Source: Methanotrichaceae archaeon
GTDB lineage: Archaea > Halobacteriota > Methanosarcinia > Methanotrichales > Methanotrichaceae
Direction: 5' to 3'
Assembly: GCA_022865315.1 (NCBI GenBank)
Contig: JALHSR010000285.1
Coordinates: forward strand, 1,626 to 65,625
Length of the DNA: 64,000 nucleotides
The notes beneath the pieces are model-generated. The model did not search any database, had not been told where the DNA came from, and was given only the letters and a program-made list of their open reading frames with translations. Shown piece after piece: positions 28,127 to 37,151 of the stretch. A program made the position numbers and the translations under genes. Position 1 is the stretch's first letter; each line of letters begins with the position of its first letter.

Positions 28127-29034
28127 CCAATCCCTTTGCTGATTTCCTGACAAATTCTAAGGTTGAGAAGCGCCTCTTGAGGAGTAACCGGGAATTCTTT
28201 CCCAGATCTAACGCAGTCCATGAAAGTCTTTAATTCAACCTTAAGCGGCTCTACTTTGTTGACGAGGACTTTTTCGATTATATTTTCCTGAGTATACCTC
28301 TCATTCTCCTTTTCATATTTCTTCGGTTTTCTGTAGATGAACACTTCTTGGGCCATGAAATCTCCTTCCGTAGTCGAATCTTCCTCTTCTATGTATAATG
28401 TTCTGAACTTCTTGGAGGCCATCCTACTTGCAGAAAGAGCTGCTACTGATCCATCAAAAACTATCATGGCCTCGCAGATATTTCGGTTGCCAGCACTAAA
28501 GATCTTAAAATTATCCTCATTTTTAAATAACACATTAAAAATGATATCTATGTCGTGGATCATAAGGTCTTCAACAACTGAAGCATCTGTAATTCGGTTG
28601 GATGTTGGATTATGTCTTTTCATTTCCGTATAGAAAGGATGGCTGATAATCCGTCTAACTTCCTCAACTATTGGGTTGAACCTTTCTATGTGTCCTACAC
28701 CTGCCATTAGGTTTTCTTCAGTCAGCAGCTTTAACAGACCCTCTCCTTGATCTACATTAGAAGCCAAAGGCTTTTCTATAAGAAAGTTAATGCCTTTTGC
28801 AATTACTTGTCTTGCGATTTTGTAATGATACTTTGTAGGAACACAGATGCTAACCAACTCTGTTTTCTTGAGAATTTCCTCAATCGAGCCGCAGATCGAA
28901 GCAAGGTCGCTAACTTTTTTTGCATTCTCTGGTACGGAATCGTAGACGTAAACCTGATCTACTCCCTTGAGTTCGGAGAAGACCCGCACGTGGTTACGTC
29001 CCATGGTTCCTACGCCAATTACTCCAACTTTCAT
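28123..29034 (-). CDS. Gfo/Idh/MocA-family NAD-dependent oxidoreductase (WbpB-like)
   Basis: MKVGVIGVGTMGRNH is an N-terminal Rossmann motif, and EKPLA is a Gfo/Idh/MocA signature. It sits between the aminotransferase and acetyltransferase genes, and its start overlaps the upstream gene by 4 nt. Confidence 0.8.
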   Translation of the reverse strand: MKVGVIGVGTMGRNHVRVFSELKGVDQVYVYDSVPENAKKVSDLASICGSIEEILKKTELVSICVPTKYHYKIARQVIAKGINFLIEKPLASNVDQGEGLLKLLTEENLMAGVGHIERFNPIVEEVRRIISHPFYTEMKRHNPTSNRITDASVVEDLMIHDIDIIFNVLFKNEDNFKIFSAGNRNICEAMIVFDGSVAALSASRMASKKFRTLYIEEEDSTTEGDFMAQEVFIYRKPKKYEKENERYTQENIIEKVLVNKVEPLKVELKTFMDCVRSGKEFPVTPQEALLNLRICQEISKGIG

Positions 29035-30137
29035 AGTTGCGCCTCAAATTCATTTATAGTTTGGGCAATATATTCAATATCGTCCTCTGTAAGGGATGGA
29101 TGAACCGGGAGACTCATAATTTGGCTGCAGACTTTTTCTGCCACGGAACAAATCTTCCAATTGTCACTCATTTCTTGGTAGATAGGCTGTCTATAAATGG
29201 GCTTAGGATAATGGATGGCCGTGCCTATGCCCTCGGATTGCAGAAAGTCCATTAATTTCTCCCTGGCCACAGGAAAATCCTCTTTCACCTTTACTGCATA
29301 TTGGTTATATACATGTTTTACATCATCAATTTTGTAAGGTTTGGCGATCCCGGTTATTTCGATCTTCTTATTGAGCAATTCTGCATTGCTAATTCTTTTC
29401 TTATTAAATTCATCGAGACGCTTGAGTTGGATTAGGCCCAGTGCTCCCTGTAGATTCATCATGCGATAATTATAGCCCAGTTCAACGTGGTTGTATTTAC
29501 CCAAATCCCCGTGGTTTCTGAGCAACCGTAGCCTTGCAGCCAAATCATCATCATCTGTAGTGATCATTCCTCCCTCTCCCGTAGTCATATTCTTTGTGGG
29601 ATAGAATGAGAAGCAGCCTATTCCGAAGCTTCCTACCTTTTTGCCATTATATTCTGCTCCATGAGCCTGAGCGCAATCCTCAACGAGAATGAGATGGTGG
29701 TCTTCACATATTTCCTGAACAGCTTTAACCTCGAAAGGCTGGCCATAAAGATGAACACCAATTACAGCTTTAGTATTAGGAGTGATCTTTTCTTTCAAAT
29801 CTTCTGGATCAATGTTGAATGTCCTCGAATCCACGTCCACAAACACAGGTTTAAGTCCCTGGTAAAGAATGCAGTTTGCTGTCGCTATAAAGCTAAAGGC
29901 TGGCGATATAACTTCATCATCCTGTCTTAGCCGCTTAGCCTTAAGGGTTAGGTCGAGAGCTGTAGTGCCATTGCTAACGGCAACTGAGTTCTTCACGCGC
30001 AAATACGAGGAAAATGCCTCTTCGAATTTCTTTACTGATTCACCTTGCGTAAGCATGCCAGAGGCCAAAACGTCTCCGACCGCTTCTATTTCTTCTCTGC
30101 CTATGATCGGCCTAGCAATTGGGATAAAATCTCTCAT
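29031..30137 (-). CDS. DegT/DnrJ/EryC1/StrS-family PLP-dependent sugar aminotransferase (WbpE-like)
   Basis: FIPIARPIIGREEI, the GxFSFYPTKNMTTGEGG region with the PLP lysine, and NYRMMNLQGALGLIQL. ATG 30137 has GGAG 6 nt upstream; ATG 30143 and the listed 30182 are alternative starts. Confidence 0.85.
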   Translation of the reverse strand: MRDFIPIARPIIGREEIEAVGDVLASGMLTQGESVKKFEEAFSSYLRVKNSVAVSNGTTALDLTLKAKRLRQDDEVISPAFSFIATANCILYQGLKPVFVDVDSRTFNIDPEDLKEKITPNTKAVIGVHLYGQPFEVKAVQEICEDHHLILVEDCAQAHGAEYNGKKVGSFGIGCFSFYPTKNMTTGEGGMITTDDDDLAARLRLLRNHGDLGKYNHVELGYNYRMMNLQGALGLIQLKRLDEFNKKRISNAELLNKKIEITGIAKPYKIDDVKHVYNQYAVKVKEDFPVAREKLMDFLQSEGIGTAIHYPKPIYRQPIYQEMSDNWKICSVAEKVCSQIMSLPVHPSLTEDDIEYIAQTINEFEAQL

Positions 30138-30296
30138 CAGCATCTCCTTTGTACAAGAATATCGTTCATTGCATGCTGCCATTTGAGGTCTTCCAATAAT
30201 AACTATTGTCTTAGCATAATTTTCACTATATTTTGGAATTCAACCTCTAAGAACCTTCTAAAATAAAATTGATGAAATTCCTCCGAGCATCCCCAT

Positions 30297-31493
30297 TTAT
30301 GAGCAAACTAGGCCTTTAAGAGTTGCTGCTGGAAGGCTCCTAAAGTGTGATTCGATTACTGTTCCAGGAAAGATAGTAGTATTTATGCCTGTCTTGACAT
30401 CATCGCCCATGATTACACCCAATTTCCGCCTTCCGCTATCTACTCTATTGCCTTTTATAAAAGACCATATGTTTGCGTTATCGTGTCTGAGGTTGGCTAT
30501 TATTGTGCCAGCTCCCAAGTTGCAATTTACACTTATAATGCTATCTCCTACATAGCTCAGATGACCTATCTTGGTTCCATCCATTATTGTGCTATTTTTT
30601 ATTTCCACTGCGTTGCCAATTCTGATTTTATCCCCTAAGCAAGTAAAAGGCCGAATGTAGCAGTTAGGGCCTAGATCGCAGTTATTGCCTATAAGAACAG
30701 GTCCCTCAATATACGATCCAGACCTGATTATAGTTCCTTCGCCTAATGAGATAATACCTTTGAGAGTTGCCCCAGGCTCAATTTCACCATGGATTGACGG
30801 CTTCATCTTGAAAAGAAGCTTTTCATTTGCTTCTAAGATATCCCATGGTCTGCCAATTTCCATCCAATCTTTCAGTTCAAATATTCGAATTTTCTTTTTT
30901 GAAGCTAAAATATTTAATCCATCCGTGAGTTCATATTCACCTCTTTCTGATAGCGGTGCCCTGCACAATGCTTCGAAGATATCATTCGATAATAAGTAAA
31001 TACCAGCATTTACCATCTCTGACGGAGGTGATGGGCTCTTCTCAACTACAGATTTCATATATGATCCCTTTGTCAAAAAAGCGCCATATCTGCCTGGATC
31101 AGGAGCGCGTATTGAGGCGACAGCGAATTCTTTTGATTGTACCATTTTCTTTAAGGTTATTGCGTCAGCCAAAATATCACCATTTAACACCAAGAATCGA
31201 TCTTCAGCTAAGGATTCAGCGGATTCCAGTGCATGGCCTGTTCCCAATTGTTTCTCTTGAATTGCATAATCGATGCTTACGCCAAGGGTAGAGCCATCTT
31301 TAAAATGCTCCTTGATGTATTCTGCACCATACCCAACAACTAAAACGAACTTATCGATTCCAGCCTGAATTGCTCTGAGCATTATATGCTCTAGCAATGG
31401 CTTGCCAACAATTGGAAGCATTACTTTGGGGCGCTTCGCAGTCAAAGGCCACATCCGGCTACCTTCGCCAGCGGCCAGAATAATTGCCTGCAT
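30297..31493 (-). CDS. Bifunctional sugar-1-phosphate nucleotidylyltransferase / acetyltransferase (archaeal GlmU-like), paralog 2
   Basis: MQAIILAAGEGSRMWPLTAKRPKVMLPI and C-terminal hexapeptide repeats (IGNNCDLGPNCYIRPFTCLGDKIRIGNAVEIKNSTIMDGTKIG). It is collinear with the 21152..22357 product; identity by eye is roughly 40-45%. Confidence 0.8.
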   Translation of the reverse strand: MQAIILAAGEGSRMWPLTAKRPKVMLPIVGKPLLEHIMLRAIQAGIDKFVLVVGYGAEYIKEHFKDGSTLGVSIDYAIQEKQLGTGHALESAESLAEDRFLVLNGDILADAITLKKMVQSKEFAVASIRAPDPGRYGAFLTKGSYMKSVVEKSPSPPSEMVNAGIYLLSNDIFEALCRAPLSERGEYELTDGLNILASKKKIRIFELKDWMEIGRPWDILEANEKLLFKMKPSIHGEIEPGATLKGIISLGEGTIIRSGSYIEGPVLIGNNCDLGPNCYIRPFTCLGDKIRIGNAVEIKNSTIMDGTKIGHLSYVGDSIISVNCNLGAGTIIANLRHDNANIWSFIKGNRVDSGRRKLGVIMGDDVKTGINTTIFPGTVIESHFRSLPAATLKGLVCS

Positions 31494-31857
31494 TTCGAGT
31501 ACCTGCGCTGTGTTAACGATAGGCGGGATAAAAACCTTTGCAACTGATGAGAAAATAATTGGAGTTACAGGGTATCTGGCTGAAGGATTTCAAACGACAT
31601 TGATCAATCTGAAGGATCATACACCAATGACATATATTTCTAAAAACTAAAAAAGACTTATACAGCATGAATTGAATCGGAAACGATGCATTCTGCCAGA
31701 GGTTTTCAAAGGAATCCATTGTTTGATGATGCTAGAACGTCAACAGAAGGCTGTATCATCGACAGGGATTTGTCTTATGATAGCGATTTATCTTACGTCT
31801 CAATGCATTTGATCAATGGGAAACTAACTAGATTTCAACAATATTTCGGGTGTTGAG

Positions 31858-31865
31858 AAAAAAAA
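31858..31865 (-). terminator. T8 tract downstream of the AOR gene
   Basis: A8 on the plus strand (T8 on the minus strand) lies about 37 nt after the AOR stop codon at 31902-31904. Confidence 0.45.
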
Positions 31866-31901
31866 TAAGAAAATAGATTCTTTCACTCGTTGGAATTTAG
31901 C

Positions 31902-33638
31902 CTAAGGCCATCCTCTCTTCTTCTTATAAATCATTAGCATCTCCTTTATTATCTCGGGATCAATTTTGCCAAGAGTGCTAACTGTTTCGTAGAACCTTTT
32001 CGGTATCCTTTGATTGGAAATATTAAAACCCTCTCTTGTCTTAAATCTATATTTATCTTGAAATATTTTTACTCCTAGATCGTTTAACTGTTCAGAGGTT
32101 TTCTCCAATCCTACCGCGGACAGAGCTAAAATAATATTCTCCTCCGTGTAGACGTTCCTCGCAAATAAACATCCGACCAATGAGTTGAATATACCGCGGT
32201 AATTGTCTTCCATGATAATTTCATCAACTATCTGCTCCAAATCGAGTTGCTTTTTGGCGGCTTTCTGGTCGATACTGTATCCAGCATTATCTAGATGAGA
32301 ATGCCTTACACCTACCATCTGGCCAACTATTGAAGCAGGGCCTGTATGGTAGCCAGAAACCTCATTTCCTCCCAGAGCCATGGCAAAATCTTGCCCTCCA
32401 TACTTGGTTGATGCATATTCCACACCTTGACCAAGAGTTGCATAAAATTCATTTGAAATTTTAGCAATATTCTCCAAAACATTGCGATAGCTCTTCACAT
32501 TGCTCCATTGTAATGGTATGCCCATTGTGTCTTGCGGGGTTATTAGGTCATGCTCGTATGCTTCAGTGGCCCAGCTCATGACAACGCCTGCTGACATGAC
32601 ATCTAGACCTAGGCGTTCGCATGTATCAATAAGCTCCAAAACGCCTTCTGCTGACGAGACTCCTAAATTGGAGCCAAGAGAATAGATGGGTTCATAATCA
32701 TAAGATACTTTCCGCACTTCGAATTCATGGTGTTTCGAAAAGGGTGATTTCAGGGAAGCGATATGGATGCAACCGATAGGGCAACCGGCACATGAGAGTC
32801 TTCTGAAAAGGTAGTTGTCAGCAAACATCTCGCCACTTATCTTCTCTGCTTCAGGAAAGCTAGATGACTGAAAATTCTTGGTTGGAAGCCCTTTCAGCCA
32901 ATTGAGAACATTGATATTTACTGAAGTGCCTATGTCGTGATATTTCTCCATTGCGTCAGTCTGTACGGTTTCACGATAAATCTTATTGTACACTTCTCTA
33001 TATCTTTTCGGATCTGGAATGTCGACATGCTCTGTGCCAGAAATTACCATAGCTTTAAGGTTCTTGGATCCGAAAGATGCTCCCAAACCTAGCCGGCCGA
33101 AGTGTCTATAGGTATCAACGACGACTCCTGCAAATCTTACAAGGTTTTCTCCCGCTGGGCCGATGCGTATTATGCTGCGACGTCCGACGCCTGTTTCGCG
33201 CTCCCGCAATATCATTCCCACGGTCTGGGCATCGATACCCCAGACTGAAGTGGCATCTTTAATTTTGACGTCTGCATCGTTAATGCTGATATAGGAAGGT
33301 TGATTCGACCTTCCACGAATTACGATAGCTTCGTGACCCGCAAACCTCATGGCAAGATGAAGTCTTCCTCCAGCATACGACTCTCCCAGCTCTTTGGTCA
33401 AAGGTGATTTGAAAGTGGCAACCGCCTTTGTTGCGACCGGGAACATACCATTAAGAGGACCTATGCTAAGAATTATTGGAGCCTCTGGCGAAAGCGAATC
33501 TACGCCAGGCTTGCACTCTTCTAGAAGGAGCTGAATGCCTACGCCTGTACCGCCCATCCATTGCTCGAATAGATCATGTCTCTCCTCGATCCATATTTCT
33601 TCTTTGGAAAGATCGATGTATAGGACTTTTCTAAGCAT
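31902..33638 (-). CDS. Aldehyde:ferredoxin oxidoreductase family tungstopterin enzyme
   Basis: The N-terminal VLYIDLSKEEIWIEE...GGTGVGIQLL is typical of the AOR N-domain. Cluster/pterin-binding segments include RRLSCAGCPIGCIH. 578 aa. Confidence 0.85.
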   Translation of the reverse strand: MLRKVLYIDLSKEEIWIEERHDLFEQWMGGTGVGIQLLLEECKPGVDSLSPEAPIILSIGPLNGMFPVATKAVATFKSPLTKELGESYAGGRLHLAMRFAGHEAIVIRGRSNQPSYISINDADVKIKDATSVWGIDAQTVGMILRERETGVGRRSIIRIGPAGENLVRFAGVVVDTYRHFGRLGLGASFGSKNLKAMVISGTEHVDIPDPKRYREVYNKIYRETVQTDAMEKYHDIGTSVNINVLNWLKGLPTKNFQSSSFPEAEKISGEMFADNYLFRRLSCAGCPIGCIHIASLKSPFSKHHEFEVRKVSYDYEPIYSLGSNLGVSSAEGVLELIDTCERLGLDVMSAGVVMSWATEAYEHDLITPQDTMGIPLQWSNVKSYRNVLENIAKISNEFYATLGQGVEYASTKYGGQDFAMALGGNEVSGYHTGPASIVGQMVGVRHSHLDNAGYSIDQKAAKKQLDLEQIVDEIIMEDNYRGIFNSLVGCLFARNVYTEENIILALSAVGLEKTSEQLNDLGVKIFQDKYRFKTREGFNISNQRIPKRFYETVSTLGKIDPEIIKEMLMIYKKKRGWP

Positions 33639-34118
33639 TTACGCTAGCACTTCCTCTAATTTTAGAACATCGTGCGGACAGAAATCCACGCAAGCCCCAC
33701 AATGAATGCATTTGATAGGTTTGCCATCTTTGCACAATGATATAGCTCCTATCAGACACGATTTTTCGCATTTTCCACAGCCTGCACAAAGTTCTTCATG
33801 GAAGACAATGTTGCCATCGGGTTTTCGTTCTAAAGCGCCATTTGGGCAAGCTCGCACGCACGGCGGATCCTTGCAGCCTCTGCAAACTACCACCATAAAG
33901 TCCCCTTCCAATCCTCCTCTCGTGAGGATCTTGATAGCGCTATCTTGAAGGGAGACGCTTCCTCGGCGTATTCTGCTGCAGGCGAACATGCATCCTAAAC
34001 ATCCAATGCAGCGCTCAGGATGGGCAACTTTAAGCCTGCGTTTCTTCTTGCTTTTTTCTTCTATTTTAGTTGGCTCTGCTTTTCCCGGCAAGACCTTGGC
34101 ATTAGAATTTTGGGGCAT
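33639..34118 (-). CDS. Poly-[4Fe-4S] ferredoxin-domain protein, probable AOR electron-transfer partner
   Basis: Several Cys clusters (CIGCLGCMFAC, CRGCKDPPCVRACP, CAGCGKCEKSC, CIHCGACVDFCP). The stop directly abuts the AOR start. The lysine-rich N-terminal 30 aa is unusual. Confidence 0.8.
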   Translation of the reverse strand: MPQNSNAKVLPGKAEPTKIEEKSKKKRRLKVAHPERCIGCLGCMFACSRIRRGSVSLQDSAIKILTRGGLEGDFMVVVCRGCKDPPCVRACPNGALERKPDGNIVFHEELCAGCGKCEKSCLIGAISLCKDGKPIKCIHCGACVDFCPHDVLKLEEVLA

Positions 34119-34220
34119 CTCAAAGGACTCTCGGTAGTATTATCTCTTCTAATTATTAGCATAACTTACTATTAAATATTGATAGACCCTCATAGAGCCT
34201 GCGAAACCAATGAACAGGAT

Positions 34221-35336
34221 TTATTCTGTAGGAACAAACCTATCGCTTAATTTCTTCATCACATGAGGCAAAGTCGTGTATTCCATATCTTCCATTGGTA
34301 AGCGGTGGGGTTCAAATGGGCCATGCGCTCTCATGTATTCCGTAATCTGCAGAGCTCTCTGTCTAGCAAGATCGAAAGCAATGTCCTTGAAAAGATCTAC
34401 GGGACCGACTAATTGACCGAATGCCAGCTGGAATCCAGCGGCAATAACTCTAGGAGGGCCATCGAATCTAGTTGGATGAGCAGTCTCAAAAGAGCAAGGC
34501 ATTAACGGACCATTGTGGCTGCCCCGCATCCATCCCGATACGAGATGACTTAATGCGAAAGGCTCTAGAACCTCACCTAATGCAGGCAGACCCGACTGAG
34601 ATCTAACTAGGCCGGCAGGATCATCTTTTCCTACATAGGTTCCTGCAGTTTGAAAGAGTTTCTCTGTGCTTATCACAGCAACTGCTTCTTCCTCCGGCAA
34701 TTTCCCGCCACTCTTCGGGTATACACGTTTTATTACGTATTTGCTCTTCGCACCAATCAAGGCTAATACGTCATACATTTCCTCGGGACATTTCATGAAG
34801 ACTTTCTTATGTGCCATTATGTCCCATATTTCGAATACAAATCCTTGATGGCACGCTGGATCTATTACTAAGCCAGCTGTATTAAAAGGATCTGCGAACA
34901 TGCGAAATATCGGCAGATTGAATGCTCCCGGCTCAGTCTTATCCATCATGAAAGCCACAATGGGCTCTGAAACGCGCTCGTTAAACTCCATTTCCGCAAC
35001 GCCTGGGCCCATTCCTCTGATATTTCCGCTAAAAGCATCGGATAGCAAGTCTTGACCAGCACCATAGAGCTTAAGCTTCTTAGCAGTCTCAGTGGCTTGT
35101 TCGAAGCACTCCCACGCTATGGCATGTATCTCTCCATTATCACAGCCATTTATGTGGGTCATAAGCAGCTCTAAGTCGTCTCCACAACTCATAACTCTAA
35201 AGTCGATCAGTGCGCCAGACTTTCTAACTTGTTCTAAATGCGATTCCGCGGTTCTAATTAAGTCGGGGTGGACTGATGAATGTCCAGGAAATCCACCTAC
35301 GTCTGCCTTGATTAGACTAAAAGTAATTTTTGTCAT
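34221..35336 (-). CDS. fbp: Fructose-1,6-bisphosphate aldolase/phosphatase (class V FBPase)
   Basis: The N-terminus MTKITFSLIKADVGGFPGHS is the hallmark of archaeal FBP aldolase/phosphatase. The 371-aa length fits. Confidence 0.92.
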   Translation of the reverse strand: MTKITFSLIKADVGGFPGHSSVHPDLIRTAESHLEQVRKSGALIDFRVMSCGDDLELLMTHINGCDNGEIHAIAWECFEQATETAKKLKLYGAGQDLLSDAFSGNIRGMGPGVAEMEFNERVSEPIVAFMMDKTEPGAFNLPIFRMFADPFNTAGLVIDPACHQGFVFEIWDIMAHKKVFMKCPEEMYDVLALIGAKSKYVIKRVYPKSGGKLPEEEAVAVISTEKLFQTAGTYVGKDDPAGLVRSQSGLPALGEVLEPFALSHLVSGWMRGSHNGPLMPCSFETAHPTRFDGPPRVIAAGFQLAFGQLVGPVDLFKDIAFDLARQRALQITEYMRAHGPFEPHRLPMEDMEYTTLPHVMKKLSDRFVPTE

Positions 35337-35504
35337 CTATTTATCCCATTGTGCAAACGCCGTTGGTATGCGGCTAGTTGGCTTTCCTTCATTCCATATA
35401 CTATTTACCGTTTTTGTGTCTGAGTTTTTCGATCAAGAATGTGCAATCCTTATATCTTATTCTAGAAAGACTGAATGATAATATTGTTCAAATAGGAGTC
35501 GATT

Positions 35505-36665
35505 ATGGAGTTGATCGCAAAATATCGCATTGAATCAGATCTGCCAACTGACAAAGCTGCAGCAGCCATAGCTGCCGAACAATCTACAGGTACATGGACA
35601 GATGTGATTGGTACAGACAACCCGTTGGCTGCAAAGGTGATCATTGCCAAAGGGAATACTGTGGAGATAGGTTTTACCGAAGAACTATTTGAAAGAGGCA
35701 ATATTCCGCAGTATCTTTCTGTGATAGCCGGAAACCTCTTCGGTTTGGAGGCTTTGAAGAAGGTTCGATTGCAGGATGTTATCTTTCCAAAAAGCTTAAT
35801 CAAGGCCCATAATGGCCCACGTTTCGGGATAGAGGAGGCGCGAAAGATTATTGAAGTTCTTGACAGGCCGCTCGTTGGTACAATAATTAAGCCTAAGGTA
35901 GGATTGGATCCAAAGGGTACGTCTGAAGTTGCGGCGGCAGCTGTTCGGGGTGGATTAGACCTCATTAAGGATGATGAAACCCTTACAGATCAGGATTTTT
36001 GCCCAATGGTAGATAGAGTTGAAGCGGTTATGAACGCTCTTGATAAGGTAGAGCATGAGACTGGAAAGAAAGCGTTCTATGCAGTTAATGTAACCACGGG
36101 AGCAGATCAGATTCTTGAAAGGGCTCAAAAAGCCGTTGACCATGGCGCCAATATGATAATGATCGATGTGCTTACTGCTGGCTTCTCAGCTTTGGAGGTC
36201 TTATCAAGAAATCTTAAAGTTCCAATCCATGTGCATAGGACTATGCACGCTGCTTTTACGAGAGACAGGGCCCATGGAATAAACATGGTAGTGATTGCCA
36301 AATTAGTAAGATTGGCAGGTGGGACCAATCTCCACACCGGAACTTATCTAGGCAAGATGGCACGCGAGGTAGAAGAGAACGATGAGTCTAGAGATGCTTT
36401 AAGAAATGATTGGTACGGACTAAAACGCGTTTTCCCTGTAGCATCCGGTGGCATCTATCCTGCAAACGTGCACGCCAACCTTGATGGTTATGGAATTGAT
36501 TGCATTATCCAGGCTGGAGGTGGTGTGCATGGCCATCCTGATGGAACAACGGCGGGAGCAATTGCAATGGTCCAAGCAGTGGAAGCATGGATGGAAGAGA
36601 TACCTCTTGAGGATTTCGAAAAAGACCACAAGGAATTGAAAACAGCCTTAAAATATTGGAAATAA
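35505..36665 (+). CDS. rbcL: RuBisCO large subunit, form III-like, compact (386 aa)
   Basis: All catalytic motifs are present: AAEQSTGTW, AGNLFG, IIKPKVGL, DLIKDDE, HVHRTMHAA, LHTGT, LGKM, VASGGI and QAGGGVHGHPDG. GGAG lies 8 nt upstream of the ATG. Confidence 0.88.
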   Translation: MELIAKYRIESDLPTDKAAAAIAAEQSTGTWTDVIGTDNPLAAKVIIAKGNTVEIGFTEELFERGNIPQYLSVIAGNLFGLEALKKVRLQDVIFPKSLIKAHNGPRFGIEEARKIIEVLDRPLVGTIIKPKVGLDPKGTSEVAAAAVRGGLDLIKDDETLTDQDFCPMVDRVEAVMNALDKVEHETGKKAFYAVNVTTGADQILERAQKAVDHGANMIMIDVLTAGFSALEVLSRNLKVPIHVHRTMHAAFTRDRAHGINMVVIAKLVRLAGGTNLHTGTYLGKMAREVEENDESRDALRNDWYGLKRVFPVASGGIYPANVHANLDGYGIDCIIQAGGGVHGHPDGTTAGAIAMVQAVEAWMEEIPLEDFEKDHKELKTALKYWK

Positions 36666-36824
36666 TTATGAAAAATGTTACGAAATCGGCTAATTTTGCC
36701 AGTACAAAACCGAAGAGTTTATATTGGTAGATGAGGATGGTTTTGAGCGTTTATCACGAGTCAAGTGATGTAGCGCTGTTTGAAAATGTATAGTTGTAGA
36801 GAGGGAATTATGTAGAGGGATCAG

Positions 36825-37151
36825 ATGGCTAGAGACGATATATTATCGGAGATCAAACAGGCGGAGGCGGATGCTAGAGCAAGTGTCCAGCAGGCTTTGG
36901 AAGAAAAGGATAAAAAGATAGCCGCCGCTACAACGGAGGCAGGGAACCTCGTCAGGACTGCGGAAGCAGAATCCCAAGACTACTATGACAAGAGCTTAGC
37001 AAAGGCAGCGGATGAAATAAAGAATAAAAAACAATCGATAATCCAGAGCGGAAATGCGAATGTCAGTTCTTTAGGCAACAAAGCTATCTCAAATCTGGAT
37101 GGAGCAGTAGAACATCTGATGAAGGAGTTCATGAGGTTGTTGCATGCTTAG
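36825..37151 (+). CDS. atpH: A1AO ATP synthase subunit H
   Basis: 108-aa charged helical protein (ILSEIKQAEADARASVQQALEEKDKKIAAA) and first gene of the operon. It overlaps atpI by 8 nt. Confidence 0.8.
   Translation: MARDDILSEIKQAEADARASVQQALEEKDKKIAAATTEAGNLVRTAEAESQDYYDKSLAKAADEIKNKKQSIIQSGNANVSSLGNKAISNLDGAVEHLMKEFMRLLHA

Noticed and set aside
31545-31622. TGATGA and CTGA strings suggesting a C/D box sRNA in the 408-nt spacer downstream of the AOR gene
   Set aside because: The spacing is wrong (31 nt from the C box to the first CTGA). There is no C' box and no terminal stem. Such tetramers and hexamers are expected by chance in 400 nt.
35462-35965. 167-aa minus-strand ORF overlapping the 5' part of the RuBisCO gene
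   Set aside because: It lies antisense to a strongly supported gene. Its Ser/Ala/Pro/Arg-rich low-complexity composition is typical of shadow ORFs, and it has no start context or recognisable motif.
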